In this document: piece after piece, positions 29,206-38,842 of the stretch
How positions within the stretch are numbered: the stretch's first letter is position 1
Layout: every line of letters starts with the position of its first letter
Made by a program: the position numbers and the translations under genes
Source: Chloroflexota bacterium
GTDB taxonomy: Bacteria; Chloroflexota; Chloroflexia; QHBQ01
Assembly (NCBI GenBank): GCA_043754535.1
Contig: JAYUUN010000029.1
Location: 1 to 52,796 of the forward strand
Direction of reading: 5' to 3'
DNA: 52,796 bases
The notes under the pieces: generated by a model
The model's input: only the letters and a program-made list of their open reading frames with translations
Told to the model about the DNA's origin: nothing
Database searches by the model: none

Positions 29206-30582
29206 TTGCAGAAGATCATAGTTTTCAGCCTCAGCCTGGTGCTGCTTGCCAGCGTCCTATTCAGCAGTAGCAGCGCAGCCCAGAGCGGCACCCCCACCCC
29301 TGCTACGCCCACCACTACCTGCACTGCCACTGCCGACCAGCCAAATAGCGGGGGAGTGATCGTCACCGACGCAGCAGGCTTCCAGAGTGATGCTTTCCGC
29401 CTCGTGTGGGAGCGCACCGACAAGCTGGTGGCTAGCGGCGCAGTGCAGCGTAGCTACTACTGGGGGCCGAAGGCGGGCGTGCCATTGCGCGAACCCTTTG
29501 GCGAATGTGGCAACAAGCGGATGGTACAGTATTTCGACAAGAGCCGCATGGAGGTCAACAACCCTGCTGCCGACCCAACTAGCAAGTTCTACGTCACCAA
29601 CGGCCTGCTCACCACCGAGCTTGTTAGCGGGCGGATGCAGATTGGCCCCGACAAGTACGAGCAGCGGTCGCCTGCCAATATCCCCCTCGCCTCTGACCCC
29701 GACGACGCAACCGCCCCCACTTATGCCAGCTTCAGCAAGCTGACGGCTAAGACGGCCAGCCGCGTTGATGGCTACTTGAGCGACTACATCACCCGTGATG
29801 GCCGCGTCTACCAGCCAATGACCGACCAGTTGGAGTACCCGGTTACGCTTACCACCTATATTAGCGAGACCGGCCACAACATTGCCGCCCCGATTTGGGA
29901 CTTCCTCAACCAACGCGGCTCTGTCTTGAGCGGCACAGTCATGACCACCGAGCAACTGAGCGACCCCTGGTTCTATGCCAGCGGCTACCCGATCAGCGAG
30001 CCGTACTGGGCGCGGGTGCGAATTGGTGGGGTGGGTACCCTCGTGCTGATCCAGCTTTTTGAGCGGCGGGTCGTCACTTTTGTGCCAACCGAGCGGGCAG
30101 CCTACCGCGTGCAGATGGGCAATATCGGCCAGCACTACTACGACTGGCGGTACAAGGGCGCGGGCAACAACCCGACTGCTGGTACCCAGGAGACCCCCGC
30201 CCCACCCAGCGGCCAGCAGGTGCCAACCCCGACCAGCGGCCCACCGCCAGCCTCTGGCTACGTAGAAGGCACCATGCCACTCACTGCCAGCGTAGCAAAG
30301 GCCAATATCAGCGCGGGCGAGACGCAGACTATCGCTGGTACTACCCTCCCTGGCAGCCATGTCTACATGATCTGCCTCAGCACCTCTGGTTTCCCCAGCG
30401 ATGCCTGCCCGAAGGGCGACAAGGCTCTCAATGTGGTTGCCGACGCAGGTGGCAACTACGCGCTGACCTGGACGCTGGCGGCCACCAACAAGACTCGTGG
30501 CCTGACTGCAGTGCTTATCAAGGCCAACAATGACCAGGAACACAAGGGCGCAACCTACAAGACCAACTTCACGATCAACTAA
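29206..30582 (+). CDS. Secreted protein with a Chloroflexota-type extracellular domain and C-terminal Ig-like region
   Basis: Signal peptide MQKIIVFSLSLVLLASVLFSSSSAA; VWERTD..RSYYWGP..VQYFDKSRME..VTNGLL; ETGHNI; GYPISEPYW; QLFERR; GNIGQHYYDWRY. Confidence 0.8.
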   Translation: MQKIIVFSLSLVLLASVLFSSSSAAQSGTPTPATPTTTCTATADQPNSGGVIVTDAAGFQSDAFRLVWERTDKLVASGAVQRSYYWGPKAGVPLREPFGECGNKRMVQYFDKSRMEVNNPAADPTSKFYVTNGLLTTELVSGRMQIGPDKYEQRSPANIPLASDPDDATAPTYASFSKLTAKTASRVDGYLSDYITRDGRVYQPMTDQLEYPVTLTTYISETGHNIAAPIWDFLNQRGSVLSGTVMTTEQLSDPWFYASGYPISEPYWARVRIGGVGTLVLIQLFERRVVTFVPTERAAYRVQMGNIGQHYYDWRYKGAGNNPTAGTQETPAPPSGQQVPTPTSGPPPASGYVEGTMPLTASVAKANISAGETQTIAGTTLPGSHVYMICLSTSGFPSDACPKGDKALNVVADAGGNYALTWTLAATNKTRGLTAVLIKANNDQEHKGATYKTNFTIN

Positions 30583-30605
30583 GCTGCGCCTGGGCAGGAA
30601 GTGGT

Positions 30606-30645
30606 AAGAGGGAAAGCGAGGAGATGCTCCTTGGCCTTCCCTCTT
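30606..30645. terminator. Hairpin between convergent genes
   Basis: aagagggaa..ggag atg ctcc..ttccctctt. Confidence 0.55.
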
Positions 30646-30655
30646 TGCTTTGGCT

Positions 30656-31006
30656 CTAAACTGTAGCCCGCCGCTCCTCATGGCCGGGCAGGTGCAGGCG
30701 GCGGATCACCTCGGCAAAGCCCGCCAGTTCGCGCACCCGCTGATCCTCAAGGATGGTCAGCAGCTTGTCCAGCCCCTCTGGGCCGATGAAGAAGCTAAGG
30801 GGGCGACCGGGTAGCCGCTGGGCGGCATAGCAGGTGCCGTGCGGCCCGTATGGGGAGGCACTAAAGTGGTGGACGATGCGGAAGCCGTAGAGGCGTGGGT
30901 CGTTCGGCCACTCGTGCCGCCATTCCAGCCAGCCCTCCTCTACCCGCTCGATCAGCCCGCCACACTCGTCGCACCGCCACTGCTGTGGGTAAGTCAGGAT
31001 TCTCAT
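30656..31006 (-). CDS. Hypothetical protein (116 aa) with CxxC
   Basis: RBS GGAGG; MRILTYPQQWRCDECGGLIERVEEGWLEW..GFRIVHH; TATAAT about 45 nt upstream. Confidence 0.75.
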   Translation of the reverse strand: MRILTYPQQWRCDECGGLIERVEEGWLEWRHEWPNDPRLYGFRIVHHFSASPYGPHGTCYAAQRLPGRPLSFFIGPEGLDKLLTILEDQRVRELAGFAEVIRRLHLPGHEERRATV

Positions 31007-31102
31007 CTTCGGCCCTCCATCCCGCTTGCTGCTAGAACGCTCGTGCGTATTATAGCCGCGATCCTGCCATTTTGCAAGGAATGTGCGAAACGGCAAGGAG
31101 AT

Positions 31103-32278
31103 TTAGGCAGCCTTGATCAGCAATCCTAGCAAGCCCGCTCCAATGATGATCCACGCACTGTTCAGCTTGAAGCGGAGGGCAAGGGCGAAGGCAGTCAGGG
31201 TGATGACGAGGGCGAGCCAATCTACGAAGAAGGGCTGGGCAAAGGGGTCGAGCAGCACCGGCTGGGCCAGCAGCAAGGTGGAGGCCGTGAGCGTGCCAAC
31301 CACCGCTGCCGACACCGGGCCGAGGAATGCCTTGAGCCAGCGGTTGTGCTTGAGCCGCTCAATCAGCGGAGCAGTCAGCAGCACGACGATGAAGGCGGGC
31401 AGGAAGATCGCCACCGTGGCTACTACTGCCCCCGCCAACCCCGCGATCTGGTAGCCGACGAAGGTGGCGATGGTCAGCACTGGGCCAGGGGTGGCCTGGG
31501 CAAGAGCCACCCCGTCGAGCAAGGTCTGCTGGGTCAACCAGCCATTGTTGTTGACCAACTCAGCCTGGAGCAGTGGCACCACCACCAGCCCGCTGCCAAA
31601 CAGGGTCGCCCCCACCTTGAGTAGAGCAAGAAAGAGCGAGCCGAGCAAAACTGGGTGTTGCCCACCAGCCTGCGCCAGCGGCACAAAGAGTATGGCCAGT
31701 AGGGCTGTTGGCCGCTCTCCTGCTCGCCCTGCTTCTACCAGCAGCCCGACCAGGCCAAGTAGCAGCATCCAGTAGACCGAGGCTGCTGGTTGCCAGAGCG
31801 AGAGTAGCAGGGCGGCGACGGCGCAAGCACGGGTCAGCCCGTCCTTCAGCGTACTTTGCGCCAGGCGGTAGACGGTGAGGGCGATCACTGCGACCACTGC
31901 TGGCTTGATGCCATAGAAGAAGCCGAGCAGCAGGTGGATGTTGCCAACCTGGGTGTAGAGCCAGCCGAGGCCAAGCATGATTAGGAAGGCGGGTAGGATG
32001 AAGCTAAAGCCTGCGATTACTGCCCCCCAAGCCCCAGCTCGGCGGTAGCCAATGTGGATCGCCAGTTCGGTGGAGCTAGGGCCAGGTATCAAATTACTGG
32101 CCGCTAGCAGGTTGCTGAACTCGGCCCGCGTCAGCCACTTGCGTTTGTTAACCGTCTCCTCGTCCATTACCGCGATGTGGGCTAGCGGCCCGCCAAATAC
32201 GCTGATACCCAGCTTGAGGAAGAAGCGGCTGAGGGCAAGCGGTTGAACCTCTGGCTGCTCTGGCTGTGCGCTCATCAT
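31103..32278 (-). CDS. chrA: Chromate efflux transporter, CHR family, bidomain
   Basis: FLKLGISVFGG, LIPGPSSTELA, FILPA and a second half FGSG, QATPGP, IFLPA. Confidence 0.93.
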   Translation of the reverse strand: MMSAQPEQPEVQPLALSRFFLKLGISVFGGPLAHIAVMDEETVNKRKWLTRAEFSNLLAASNLIPGPSSTELAIHIGYRRAGAWGAVIAGFSFILPAFLIMLGLGWLYTQVGNIHLLLGFFYGIKPAVVAVIALTVYRLAQSTLKDGLTRACAVAALLLSLWQPAASVYWMLLLGLVGLLVEAGRAGERPTALLAILFVPLAQAGGQHPVLLGSLFLALLKVGATLFGSGLVVVPLLQAELVNNNGWLTQQTLLDGVALAQATPGPVLTIATFVGYQIAGLAGAVVATVAIFLPAFIVVLLTAPLIERLKHNRWLKAFLGPVSAAVVGTLTASTLLLAQPVLLDPFAQPFFVDWLALVITLTAFALALRFKLNSAWIIIGAGLLGLLIKAA

Positions 32279-32314
32279 CTCCTCTCCACCTATGACCATA
32301 GCAACCAATACCCG

Positions 32315-33031
32315 CTAGTCAGGGGCAACTCTGCTAGCCCAGGCTGCACTTGCTAGCTTGAGCGGGGCGTAGCTGCGGCGGTGGATGGCGCAGGGGCCAT
32401 GCTGCTGCAAGGCAAGCTGGTGCATGGCGGTGCCGTAGCCCTTGTGGGTGGCGAACTGGTAGGCTGGGTAGGCGGCGGCAAGCTCGACCATCAAGCGGTC
32501 ACGCCATACTTTGGCGATGATGCTGGCGGCAGCGATAGCGACGCTGCGTTGGTCGCCCCGGATTAGGTTGCGCTGGGGTAGGGGCAGGCTGGGCAGCTTA
32601 AAAGCGTCTACCAGCAGGTGGTCAGGGGCTGGTTGCAGGGAGCGGATCGCCCGCACCATCGCCAGCCGATTGGCTGGGCCGAGGCCGATCAGGTCGATCA
32701 ACGCTGGCGAGACCAACCCAACCGCAACGCTGATCGCTGCGGCATAGATCAGCGGGTAGAGTAGCTCCCGTGCCGCTGCACTCAACTGCTTGGAGTCGCA
32801 GACCTGGTGCCAGACCGCCGCGCCCGCACCCAGCCGACCAGGGGCTGGCAGGATGACGGCGGCGGCCACTAGTGGCCCTGCCCATGCCCCCCGACCGGCC
32901 TCATCCACGCCCGCGAGCAGGTGATAGCCCGCCTGCCAGAGGCTGGTTTCCTGCTGCCAGTCCGGTTTGGCTTTCGGCGGGCGGCTTTCGGCTGGCGCGG
33001 GCGGCTGCTGATCCATGTTTGCCTCAGCCAA
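32315..33031 (-). CDS. rnhB: Ribonuclease HII
   Basis: AGVDEAGRGAWAGPLVAAAV, DSKQL, LVDA, GD..IAAASIIAKV, HKGYGT, HRRSY. Confidence 0.97.
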   Translation of the reverse strand: MAEANMDQQPPAPAESRPPKAKPDWQQETSLWQAGYHLLAGVDEAGRGAWAGPLVAAAVILPAPGRLGAGAAVWHQVCDSKQLSAAARELLYPLIYAAAISVAVGLVSPALIDLIGLGPANRLAMVRAIRSLQPAPDHLLVDAFKLPSLPLPQRNLIRGDQRSVAIAAASIIAKVWRDRLMVELAAAYPAYQFATHKGYGTAMHQLALQQHGPCAIHRRSYAPLKLASAAWASRVAPD

Positions 33032-33076
33032 AGGACAAGCGGAAGGGTCTGGCAGTCGGCCAGACCCCAGTTGAGG

Positions 33077-33637
33077 TTACTTGCTGCTGTCGCTAGCCTC
33101 GACCTGTTCGACGGTGGTGCTACCGCCGGTGGCTTCGACTTGCGTCACCTTCAACTCGGCGGGGGTCAGGCCTGCGCTCTGCGCCGCTGCCTCTGCGGTG
33201 TTGGTGTCTACGACGGGGGTGGCTGCTACGCTCGGCGGCTGGACTGCCGGGCTGCGCTGGGCCTTTGGCACGAACGCAACCTTGCGCTCCTTGATGCGGT
33301 TGGCCTTGCCGCTACCCTGCCGCAGGTGGTAGAGGGTGGCGCGATGGACGATGCCCCGGCGCGTGATCTCGATCTTGTCAATACGCGGCGAATGGAGCAG
33401 GAAGGTGCGCTCCACGCCCACGCCATGCGCCCCAATACGGCGGACGGTGAAGTTCTCGTTCACCCCCGTGTTACGGCGGCGTAGTACTACGCCCTCGTAC
33501 ACCTGGATACGCTCGCGAGTACCTTCCACCACTTTTAGGCTGAGGCGAACAGTGTCACCTGGGCCGAACTTGGGGATGTCCTGAGCGTCCTTTGTGTACT
33601 CCAACCCGATCTGCTGAACCATCTGATTCGTTGTCAC
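33077..33637 (-). CDS. rplS: 50S ribosomal protein L19 with C-terminal extension
   Basis: [45 protein letters not shown] start after AGAGGA. Confidence 0.97.
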   Translation of the reverse strand: MTTNQMVQQIGLEYTKDAQDIPKFGPGDTVRLSLKVVEGTRERIQVYEGVVLRRRNTGVNENFTVRRIGAHGVGVERTFLLHSPRIDKIEITRRGIVHRATLYHLRQGSGKANRIKERKVAFVPKAQRSPAVQPPSVAATPVVDTNTAEAAAQSAGLTPAELKVTQVEATGGSTTVEQVEASDSSK

Positions 33638-33846
33638 GGTAATCCTCTCTGTCTCACCCACTCTGGCTCCAGGCCAAAGGTGTAACCATCGCCCACGCCC
33701 GACGAGTGTCGCGGCGGCTGCGTCTATCTTACGCGCCCACGCCATAGTTTGTTGGCGGTGCTAATTGGCACCGGGCGGCTGCGCGCCAGCCAGGCTAGCT
33801 GGTTGCTGTACCAATACGCAGCGGTTAGCTACGTGGCACGGGTGAA

Positions 33847-33855
33847 ATTATACCA
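33847..33855 (-). promoter_or_regulatory. Extended -10 promoter for rplS
   Basis: Reverse strand reads TGGTATAAT, about 200 nt upstream of the rplS start. Confidence 0.55.
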
Positions 33856-34005
33856 GATCGGTAGCTCCAATTGCCAGTAGGCGGCTGCTAAGCAGCAGGG
33901 CTGCTGCTGCCTCCCTTTCCAATCCAATATTAACGTGTGCTGGCTGGCATCCTCTCTGCTATTCGGCTATAATGGAGAAACCTGACCAATGGCGAAGGAG
34001 TTGGC

Positions 34006-34707
34006 GTGAAGATTCACAACGACGGTTACTGGCATAGTGGTGAGACCATATCACTCAACGATGATATCAACCCCCGACAGGAGGGGCGGGCTGGCAAGTC
34101 GCTGATCCGCGAAATCCTGGAGACCTTGCTGCTCACCCTGATTATCTTCATCCTGGTGCGCTCTGTCGTCCAGACCTTCAAGGTGGACGGCCACAGCATG
34201 GATCCCAGCCTGCGTGATGGTGAGTATATCCTAGTCAACAAGGCTGTCTACTTCCGCTACGACGCAAACTGGTTGCCCCGCCTGTTTGGGCAGAAGGACT
34301 TGCAGCCGAAGCTAGTCAACCTCTTTCACGGCCCAGATCGTGGCGACATTGTGGTGCTAGAGCCGCCGCAAGACCCTGGTAAGGATTACATCAAGCGGGT
34401 AGTTGGCCTGCCAGGCGATGTTGTCGAGCTACGCAATGACCACCTGATCTACGTCAACGACCAGCCGCTCAACGAGCCGTACATCTTGGAGCAGCCCATC
34501 TACGAACCGTTCCGCAAGGTGTTGGCGGCGGATCAGTTCTTTGTGATGGGTGACAATCGCAACAACAGCAGCGACTCGCACGTGTGGGGGGCGTTGACCT
34601 ACGACAAAATCGTGGGCAAGGCCTGGATAATCTACTGGCCGAAGGAGAACTGGGGCTTCGTTCCCCACCAAAGCTACTCCAATCCGCCCAAGAGCAACAG
34701 CCCCTGA
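34006..34707 (+). CDS. lepB: Signal peptidase I
   Basis: One TM helix; GHSMDPSL (Ser), YIKRVVGLPGD (Lys), MGDNRNNSSDS. Confidence 0.97.
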   Translation: MKIHNDGYWHSGETISLNDDINPRQEGRAGKSLIREILETLLLTLIIFILVRSVVQTFKVDGHSMDPSLRDGEYILVNKAVYFRYDANWLPRLFGQKDLQPKLVNLFHGPDRGDIVVLEPPQDPGKDYIKRVVGLPGDVVELRNDHLIYVNDQPLNEPYILEQPIYEPFRKVLAADQFFVMGDNRNNSSDSHVWGALTYDKIVGKAWIIYWPKENWGFVPHQSYSNPPKSNSP

Positions 34708-34734
34708 ACCAGCCAGCCAGCCGCAGCGTAGATA

Positions 34735-34769
34735 AGGGGTGAGCCGCACTGGTTCACCCCTCCACTTTT
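34735..34769 (+). terminator. Probable terminator after lepB
   Basis: aggggtgagcc-gcact-ggttcacccct followed by ccactttt. Confidence 0.55.
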
Positions 34770-34901
34770 GGCTATGGGCAGCGTAACTTTGCACCAAAAG
34801 AGGAAAGGTTGTAAAATAGCTTAAAGCAGTTGAGCGCAACATGGCGGCCCACGCCGACCCACCATAGCGGGCCAGCCAAAATAGCAGGGGAGGACGTAGC
34901 G

Positions 34902-35453
34902 ATGGTAGAAACGAGAGTAGAAAGCATCCGGGTGAGCCTGGTCACGCAGAACCGTGCGGTCATCCTCAAAGACATCAACGCCGAACGCTATCTTGCCGTT
35001 TGGATCGACGCATACGTGGCCGAGGCAATCGCAATGGAGTTGCAGCAGGTAGTCGCTCCCCGACCGATGACCCATGACCTGCTCCGCAATGTGATCGGTG
35101 AACTGGGCGGCAGTGTCACCCACGTGCTGATCAACGACCTGCATGAGGGTATCTACTTCGCCCGCGTGGTGCTAGACGTAGCCGGGCGACACGTGGAGGT
35201 AGACTCGCGGCCTAGCGACGCGATAGCTTTGGCGGTGCGGGTGCGGGTACCGATCTTCATCGAAGATGAGGTGATGGCAAAGGAGGCGGTTGTTCTCGAA
35301 TCCACCCCCGCTCCCTCTAGCCTGGATCGGCCCAGGGACGACCTCGGCCTGGTGGCAGCGGGTGAAGAAGCTACCGGCGAGGGGATGACTGTCTTCCGCG
35401 ACTTCATCAACAGCCTCGACTTTGACGACCTCGGCAAGGACAAGGAGAGCTAA
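34902..35453 (+). CDS. Bifunctional nuclease family protein (DUF151)
   Basis: LAVWI..EAIA, PRPMTHDL, DSRPSDAIALAVR; ATG after GGAGG. Confidence 0.93.
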   Translation: MVETRVESIRVSLVTQNRAVILKDINAERYLAVWIDAYVAEAIAMELQQVVAPRPMTHDLLRNVIGELGGSVTHVLINDLHEGIYFARVVLDVAGRHVEVDSRPSDAIALAVRVRVPIFIEDEVMAKEAVVLESTPAPSSLDRPRDDLGLVAAGEEATGEGMTVFRDFINSLDFDDLGKDKES

Positions 35454-35497
35454 CCTCTCGGCTGCCGTGCGGCGGGTGAGGGAAGCTAGCACAAGCA

Positions 35498-35527
35498 AGG
35501 GGCGTAGCCACACACGGCTACGCCCCT
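35498..35527. terminator. Perfect hairpin between convergent genes
   Basis: aggggcgtagcc-acacac-ggctacgcccct. Confidence 0.65.
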
Positions 35528-35543
35528 CTGCGCTAGCCGCCTG

Positions 35544-36992
35544 CTAATACTTCGGCAAGGTGGGGTCAACCTGCTCGGCCCAGGCGTTGATGCCACCCTT
35601 GAGGTTGTGCAGCTTGCGGAAGCCCAGTTGTTGCAGGCTCGCCACTGCCCGCGCACTGCGGGTGCCGCCCTTGCAGTAGACTACGATCTCGGCGGCGGTG
35701 CTGAGTTCGCTCGCCCGCTCGATCACCTGGCCGACTGGGATCAGATGCGCTCCTTCCAGGTGGGCAATTTCCCACTCGTGTGGTTCGCGCACATCCAGCA
35801 GGTAGAGGTCGTCGCCACGCTCCAGCCGCTCGTGCAACTGCGGGGCTGTAATATCCACGCTAGTTACTCCCTCATCGGCGGGGGTGATGCCGCAGAACTG
35901 CTCGTAGTCGATCAGGGCTGTCACCGTTGGGTTTGGGCCACAGATCGGGCAGGCGGGGTCTTTACGCAGCTTCAGTTCGCGGAAGCCCATCCGCAGTGCA
36001 TCATAGAGCAGTAGCCTGCCGATCAACGGCTGCCCAATGCCCAGCAGCAGCTTGACTACCTCAGTCGCCTGGATCAGCCCGATGATGCCTGGCAACACCC
36101 CCAGCACTCCCCCTTCGGCGCAACTAGGCACCAGGCCGGGGGGGGGCGGCTCTGGGTAGAGGCAGCGGTAGCACGGCCCTTCCTGGGCATAGAAGACGCT
36201 GGCCTGTCCCTCAAAGCGGAAGATGCTGCCGTAGACATTCGGCTTGCCCAGCAGCACGCACGCATCATTGACCAGGTAGCGGGTGGGGAAGTTATCGGTG
36301 CCGTCGCCGATCACGTCGTAGTTCTTGAAGATTTCAAGGGCGTTGGCTGAGGAGAGCGGCTCCTCGTAGCCGTCTACCTGCACATAGGGGTTGAGGCTGA
36401 GAATGCGCTCCTTCGCCGATTGCAGCTTCGGCTGGCCGACCGAGGCGGTGGAGTGGATGATCTGTCGTTGCAGGTTGGTGCTGTCCACCACGTCGAAGTC
36501 TACGATGCCGATCCGCCCCACGCCCGCCGCTGCCAGATAGAGGGCCATAGGCGACCCCAGCCCACCCGCTCCGACTAGCAGCACGCTGGCCGCCTTCAGC
36601 TTCTTCTGGCCCGCCATGCCCACCTCTGGTAGCAGCAGATGGCGACTGTAGCGCAACACCTCCTCGTTGTCCAACGACTGACCCTCGGTTCGCTCTGGGC
36701 TGACGATCTCCGCTTTCTCCTGTCCGCCCGCGATGGCTGGGATGATGCTGATCGTGTCCGTCTCCGCCACTGCCGTGCTGCCCTTCTGCAAGTAGCGTAC
36801 GTCCTCATCATTGAGGTAGATATTGACGAAGTTCCGCAACCGCCCTTGCTCGGTGTAGAGGTGCCGCTTCAACTCTGGGAACTGGCTGGTCAATGCGCCC
36901 AACACCTCATCTATGGTCGCTCCATCTACGCTGACTTCCTGCTGCTCATGCGCGTACTGGCGCAGGGGGGTTGGTATGCTGATCGTTGCCAT
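35544..36992 (-). CDS. moeB: Fusion of MoaD/CysO-like sulfur carrier, MoeB/E1 adenylyltransferase and rhodanese
   Basis: Ubl domain ends at internal IIPAIAGG (residue 90); RYSRH, GAGGLG, SNLQRQ-like STNLQRQ, DGTDNF, CYRC, PSCAEGG, CPIC; rhodanese DVREPHE, YCKGGTRS. Confidence 0.93.
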   Translation of the reverse strand: MATISIPTPLRQYAHEQQEVSVDGATIDEVLGALTSQFPELKRHLYTEQGRLRNFVNIYLNDEDVRYLQKGSTAVAETDTISIIPAIAGGQEKAEIVSPERTEGQSLDNEEVLRYSRHLLLPEVGMAGQKKLKAASVLLVGAGGLGSPMALYLAAAGVGRIGIVDFDVVDSTNLQRQIIHSTASVGQPKLQSAKERILSLNPYVQVDGYEEPLSSANALEIFKNYDVIGDGTDNFPTRYLVNDACVLLGKPNVYGSIFRFEGQASVFYAQEGPCYRCLYPEPPPPGLVPSCAEGGVLGVLPGIIGLIQATEVVKLLLGIGQPLIGRLLLYDALRMGFRELKLRKDPACPICGPNPTVTALIDYEQFCGITPADEGVTSVDITAPQLHERLERGDDLYLLDVREPHEWEIAHLEGAHLIPVGQVIERASELSTAAEIVVYCKGGTRSARAVASLQQLGFRKLHNLKGGINAWAEQVDPTLPKY

Positions 36993-36995
36993 GCT

Positions 36996-37424
36996 TTATA
37001 CCCTTTCTATTATAACTTCTTCTCTATCAAAGCTCTCGCGGTTGTCACTGAGTAGCCAGGCAGTGGTTTCGCCCACCTTGCCCTGCTGCACGCCGACCAC
37101 CAGGTAGCTGTACCAGGGCCAGGCGTGTTCGCGGTCGAAGTCGGAGGGCCGCGCCTGCCCCTCGGGGTGCGAGTGGTAGAAGCCGATCACCGCCAACCCA
37201 GCCGCCCGCGCTTTGCGCTCTGCCGCGATCATTACCGGTGGGCTGATCACATAGCGGTGGTACTGCTCGGCCAGGGGGCTGGCGTTCTCCACTGGCAAGA
37301 GGCGGTGGACGCGCTTACCGCCCTCCACTGCTGCGCCAATCAGTACCCCACAGCCCTCACTAGGGTAGGCGGCCCGACTGTGCTGCTCAAGCTGGTGTAG
37401 CAGGCTGGCGGTTAGCTGGATCAT
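36996..37424 (-). CDS. JAB/MPN+ (M67, Mec-like) metalloprotease
   Basis: EGCGVLIG and YHSHPEGQARPSDFD (HxH-x7-S-x2-D). Confidence 0.93.
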   Translation of the reverse strand: MIQLTASLLHQLEQHSRAAYPSEGCGVLIGAAVEGGKRVHRLLPVENASPLAEQYHRYVISPPVMIAAERKARAAGLAVIGFYHSHPEGQARPSDFDREHAWPWYSYLVVGVQQGKVGETTAWLLSDNRESFDREEVIIERV

Positions 37425-38623
37425 CCAATCGCCGCCAACGCCTGCTTGAGGTCGGCCAGGATGTCGTCTATGTGTTCGATACCGACGCTGAGGCGCACTA
37501 GTCCTTCGCCGATGCCCGCCTGCTGGCGTTGCTTTGGCGACCAGTCGCGGTGTGAAGACATGGGTGGGTAGAGGACTTCGCTATACACGTCGCCCAGGGT
37601 TGTTACTGGGATGATCAGCTTGAGCGCATCCATGAAGCGGAAGACCGCAGCCTTGTCACCCCCCTTCACCTCAAACGACATGATCGCCCCAAACTGGCCG
37701 CGACAAAGCTGCACACTGGCAAGGGCGTGCTGTGGGTGACCAGCCAGACCGGGATAGTTGACCACTGCAATCGCTGGCTGCTGGCTCAACCAGCGGGCGA
37801 CGGCAAGAGCGTTTTGGCACTGCCGCTCCATGCGGAGGGCGAGGGTCTTGACCCCTCGATGGATCAGGTGAGCATCGAAGGGGCTGAGGATCGCTCCCAC
37901 CAGCTTGCTGATCGTCCGCAATGCGGTTGCCCGTTCGGCATCCTTGACTACTACCACGCCGCCCGTCACGTCGCCATGCCCGCTGAGGAACTTGGTGGCC
38001 GAGTGTACTACGATGTCGGCTCCGAGGTCTAGCGGCTGCAAGACGTAGGGGCTGGCGAAGGTGTTGTCGGCGATCACCGTTGCTCCCACGCTGTGGGCCA
38101 GCTTGCTCACGGTGTACACGTCGGCCACCTGGAGCAAGGGGTTGGAGAGTGGCTCAAAGAGAGCGACGCGGGGCAGTGGCTGCTGCTGCAAGGCGGCCTC
38201 CAATGCGGCGTGGTCGCTAAAGTCGGCAAGGCGCACTACCACCCCCAGGGGGCCAAAGATTTGATTGAGCAAGCCCAGGGTCGCCCCGTAGGTCGAGCGA
38301 GCCAGCAATACTGTGTCACCCGCCTGCAACTCGCAGAGCAGCAAGGCAGCGTGCAAGGCTGCCATGCCAGAGCTAAAGACTACCGCATCGCTGCCATTGT
38401 CCAGCCGGGCCAGCACCACCTCAAGGGCGGTCAGGGTGGGATTGCCATATCGCTGATAGACGTAACCTTGCTGCTCGCCACCGAATACTGCGTCCATCTC
38501 GCTCATCTGGCTGTAGCGGTAGGTGCTGCTGGCGTAGATTGGGGTGAGGCTCGGCAAGCCGGGGCTGACCGGCAAGCCTTCGCCACCATGCACAACTTCA
38601 GTATCAAAAGAGTAAGCTGCCAC
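37421..38623 (-). CDS. PLP-dependent trans-sulfuration family enzyme (MetB/MetZ/MGL-like)
   Basis: YQRYGNPT, FSSGMAA, SNP, DNTFASP, HSATKFLSGHGD, LGDVYS, RLSVGIE; GTG after AGGAGGTG. Confidence 0.93.
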   Translation of the reverse strand: MAAYSFDTEVVHGGEGLPVSPGLPSLTPIYASSTYRYSQMSEMDAVFGGEQQGYVYQRYGNPTLTALEVVLARLDNGSDAVVFSSGMAALHAALLLCELQAGDTVLLARSTYGATLGLLNQIFGPLGVVVRLADFSDHAALEAALQQQPLPRVALFEPLSNPLLQVADVYTVSKLAHSVGATVIADNTFASPYVLQPLDLGADIVVHSATKFLSGHGDVTGGVVVVKDAERATALRTISKLVGAILSPFDAHLIHRGVKTLALRMERQCQNALAVARWLSQQPAIAVVNYPGLAGHPQHALASVQLCRGQFGAIMSFEVKGGDKAAVFRFMDALKLIIPVTTLGDVYSEVLYPPMSSHRDWSPKQRQQAGIGEGLVRLSVGIEHIDDILADLKQALAAIG

Positions 38624-38638
38624 TTTCACCTCCTGGCT

Positions 38639-38667
38639 AACAAAAAGCCCCCCTGGGTAGGGAGGCT
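38639..38667 (-). terminator. Second leader hairpin with T tract
   Basis: Minus strand agcctccct-accc-aggggggct-ttttgtt. Confidence 0.65.
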
Positions 38668-38669
38668 GT

Positions 38670-38703
38670 AACAAAAACGCCCTGGTTTATCAGTCCAGGG
38701 TGT
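38670..38703 (-). terminator. Riboswitch expression-platform terminator
   Basis: Minus strand acaccctgg-actgataaa-ccagggcgt-ttttgtt. Confidence 0.75.
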
Positions 38704-38720
38704 AGGCAAGTCGGCCTGAC

Positions 38721-38824
38721 CCTTATCTTACAGGCTTGCACCTGTCGGAATTGGCACCTGGGCGCATCGTTGCACCTGGTTGCTGGGCTTCATCGGGCCG
38801 TTTCCCTCCACCCTCTTGATAAGG
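38721..38824 (-). ncRNA. SAM-I (S-box) riboswitch
   Basis: Minus strand CCTTATCAAGAGGGTGGAGGGAAACGGCCCGATGAAGCCCAGCAACC...AGGTGCCAATTCC...GATAAGG with P1 CCTTATC/GATAAGG. Confidence 0.96.
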
Positions 38825-38842
38825 CAATATTCTATTTGGCTG

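Noticed and set aside
33638..33745. Track start of rplS at 33745, and similar over-long starts at 11976, 34830, 38674, 38984 and 45142
   Set aside because: Family homology, and in most cases a better RBS, points to downstream starts; the extensions cross leaders or neighbouring genes.
35544..37424. CBASS/Bil-type ubiquitin-like antiphage system (E1 + JAB)
   Set aside because: No E2 or CD-NTase; the rhodanese domain, PLP enzyme and S-box point to sulfur metabolism.
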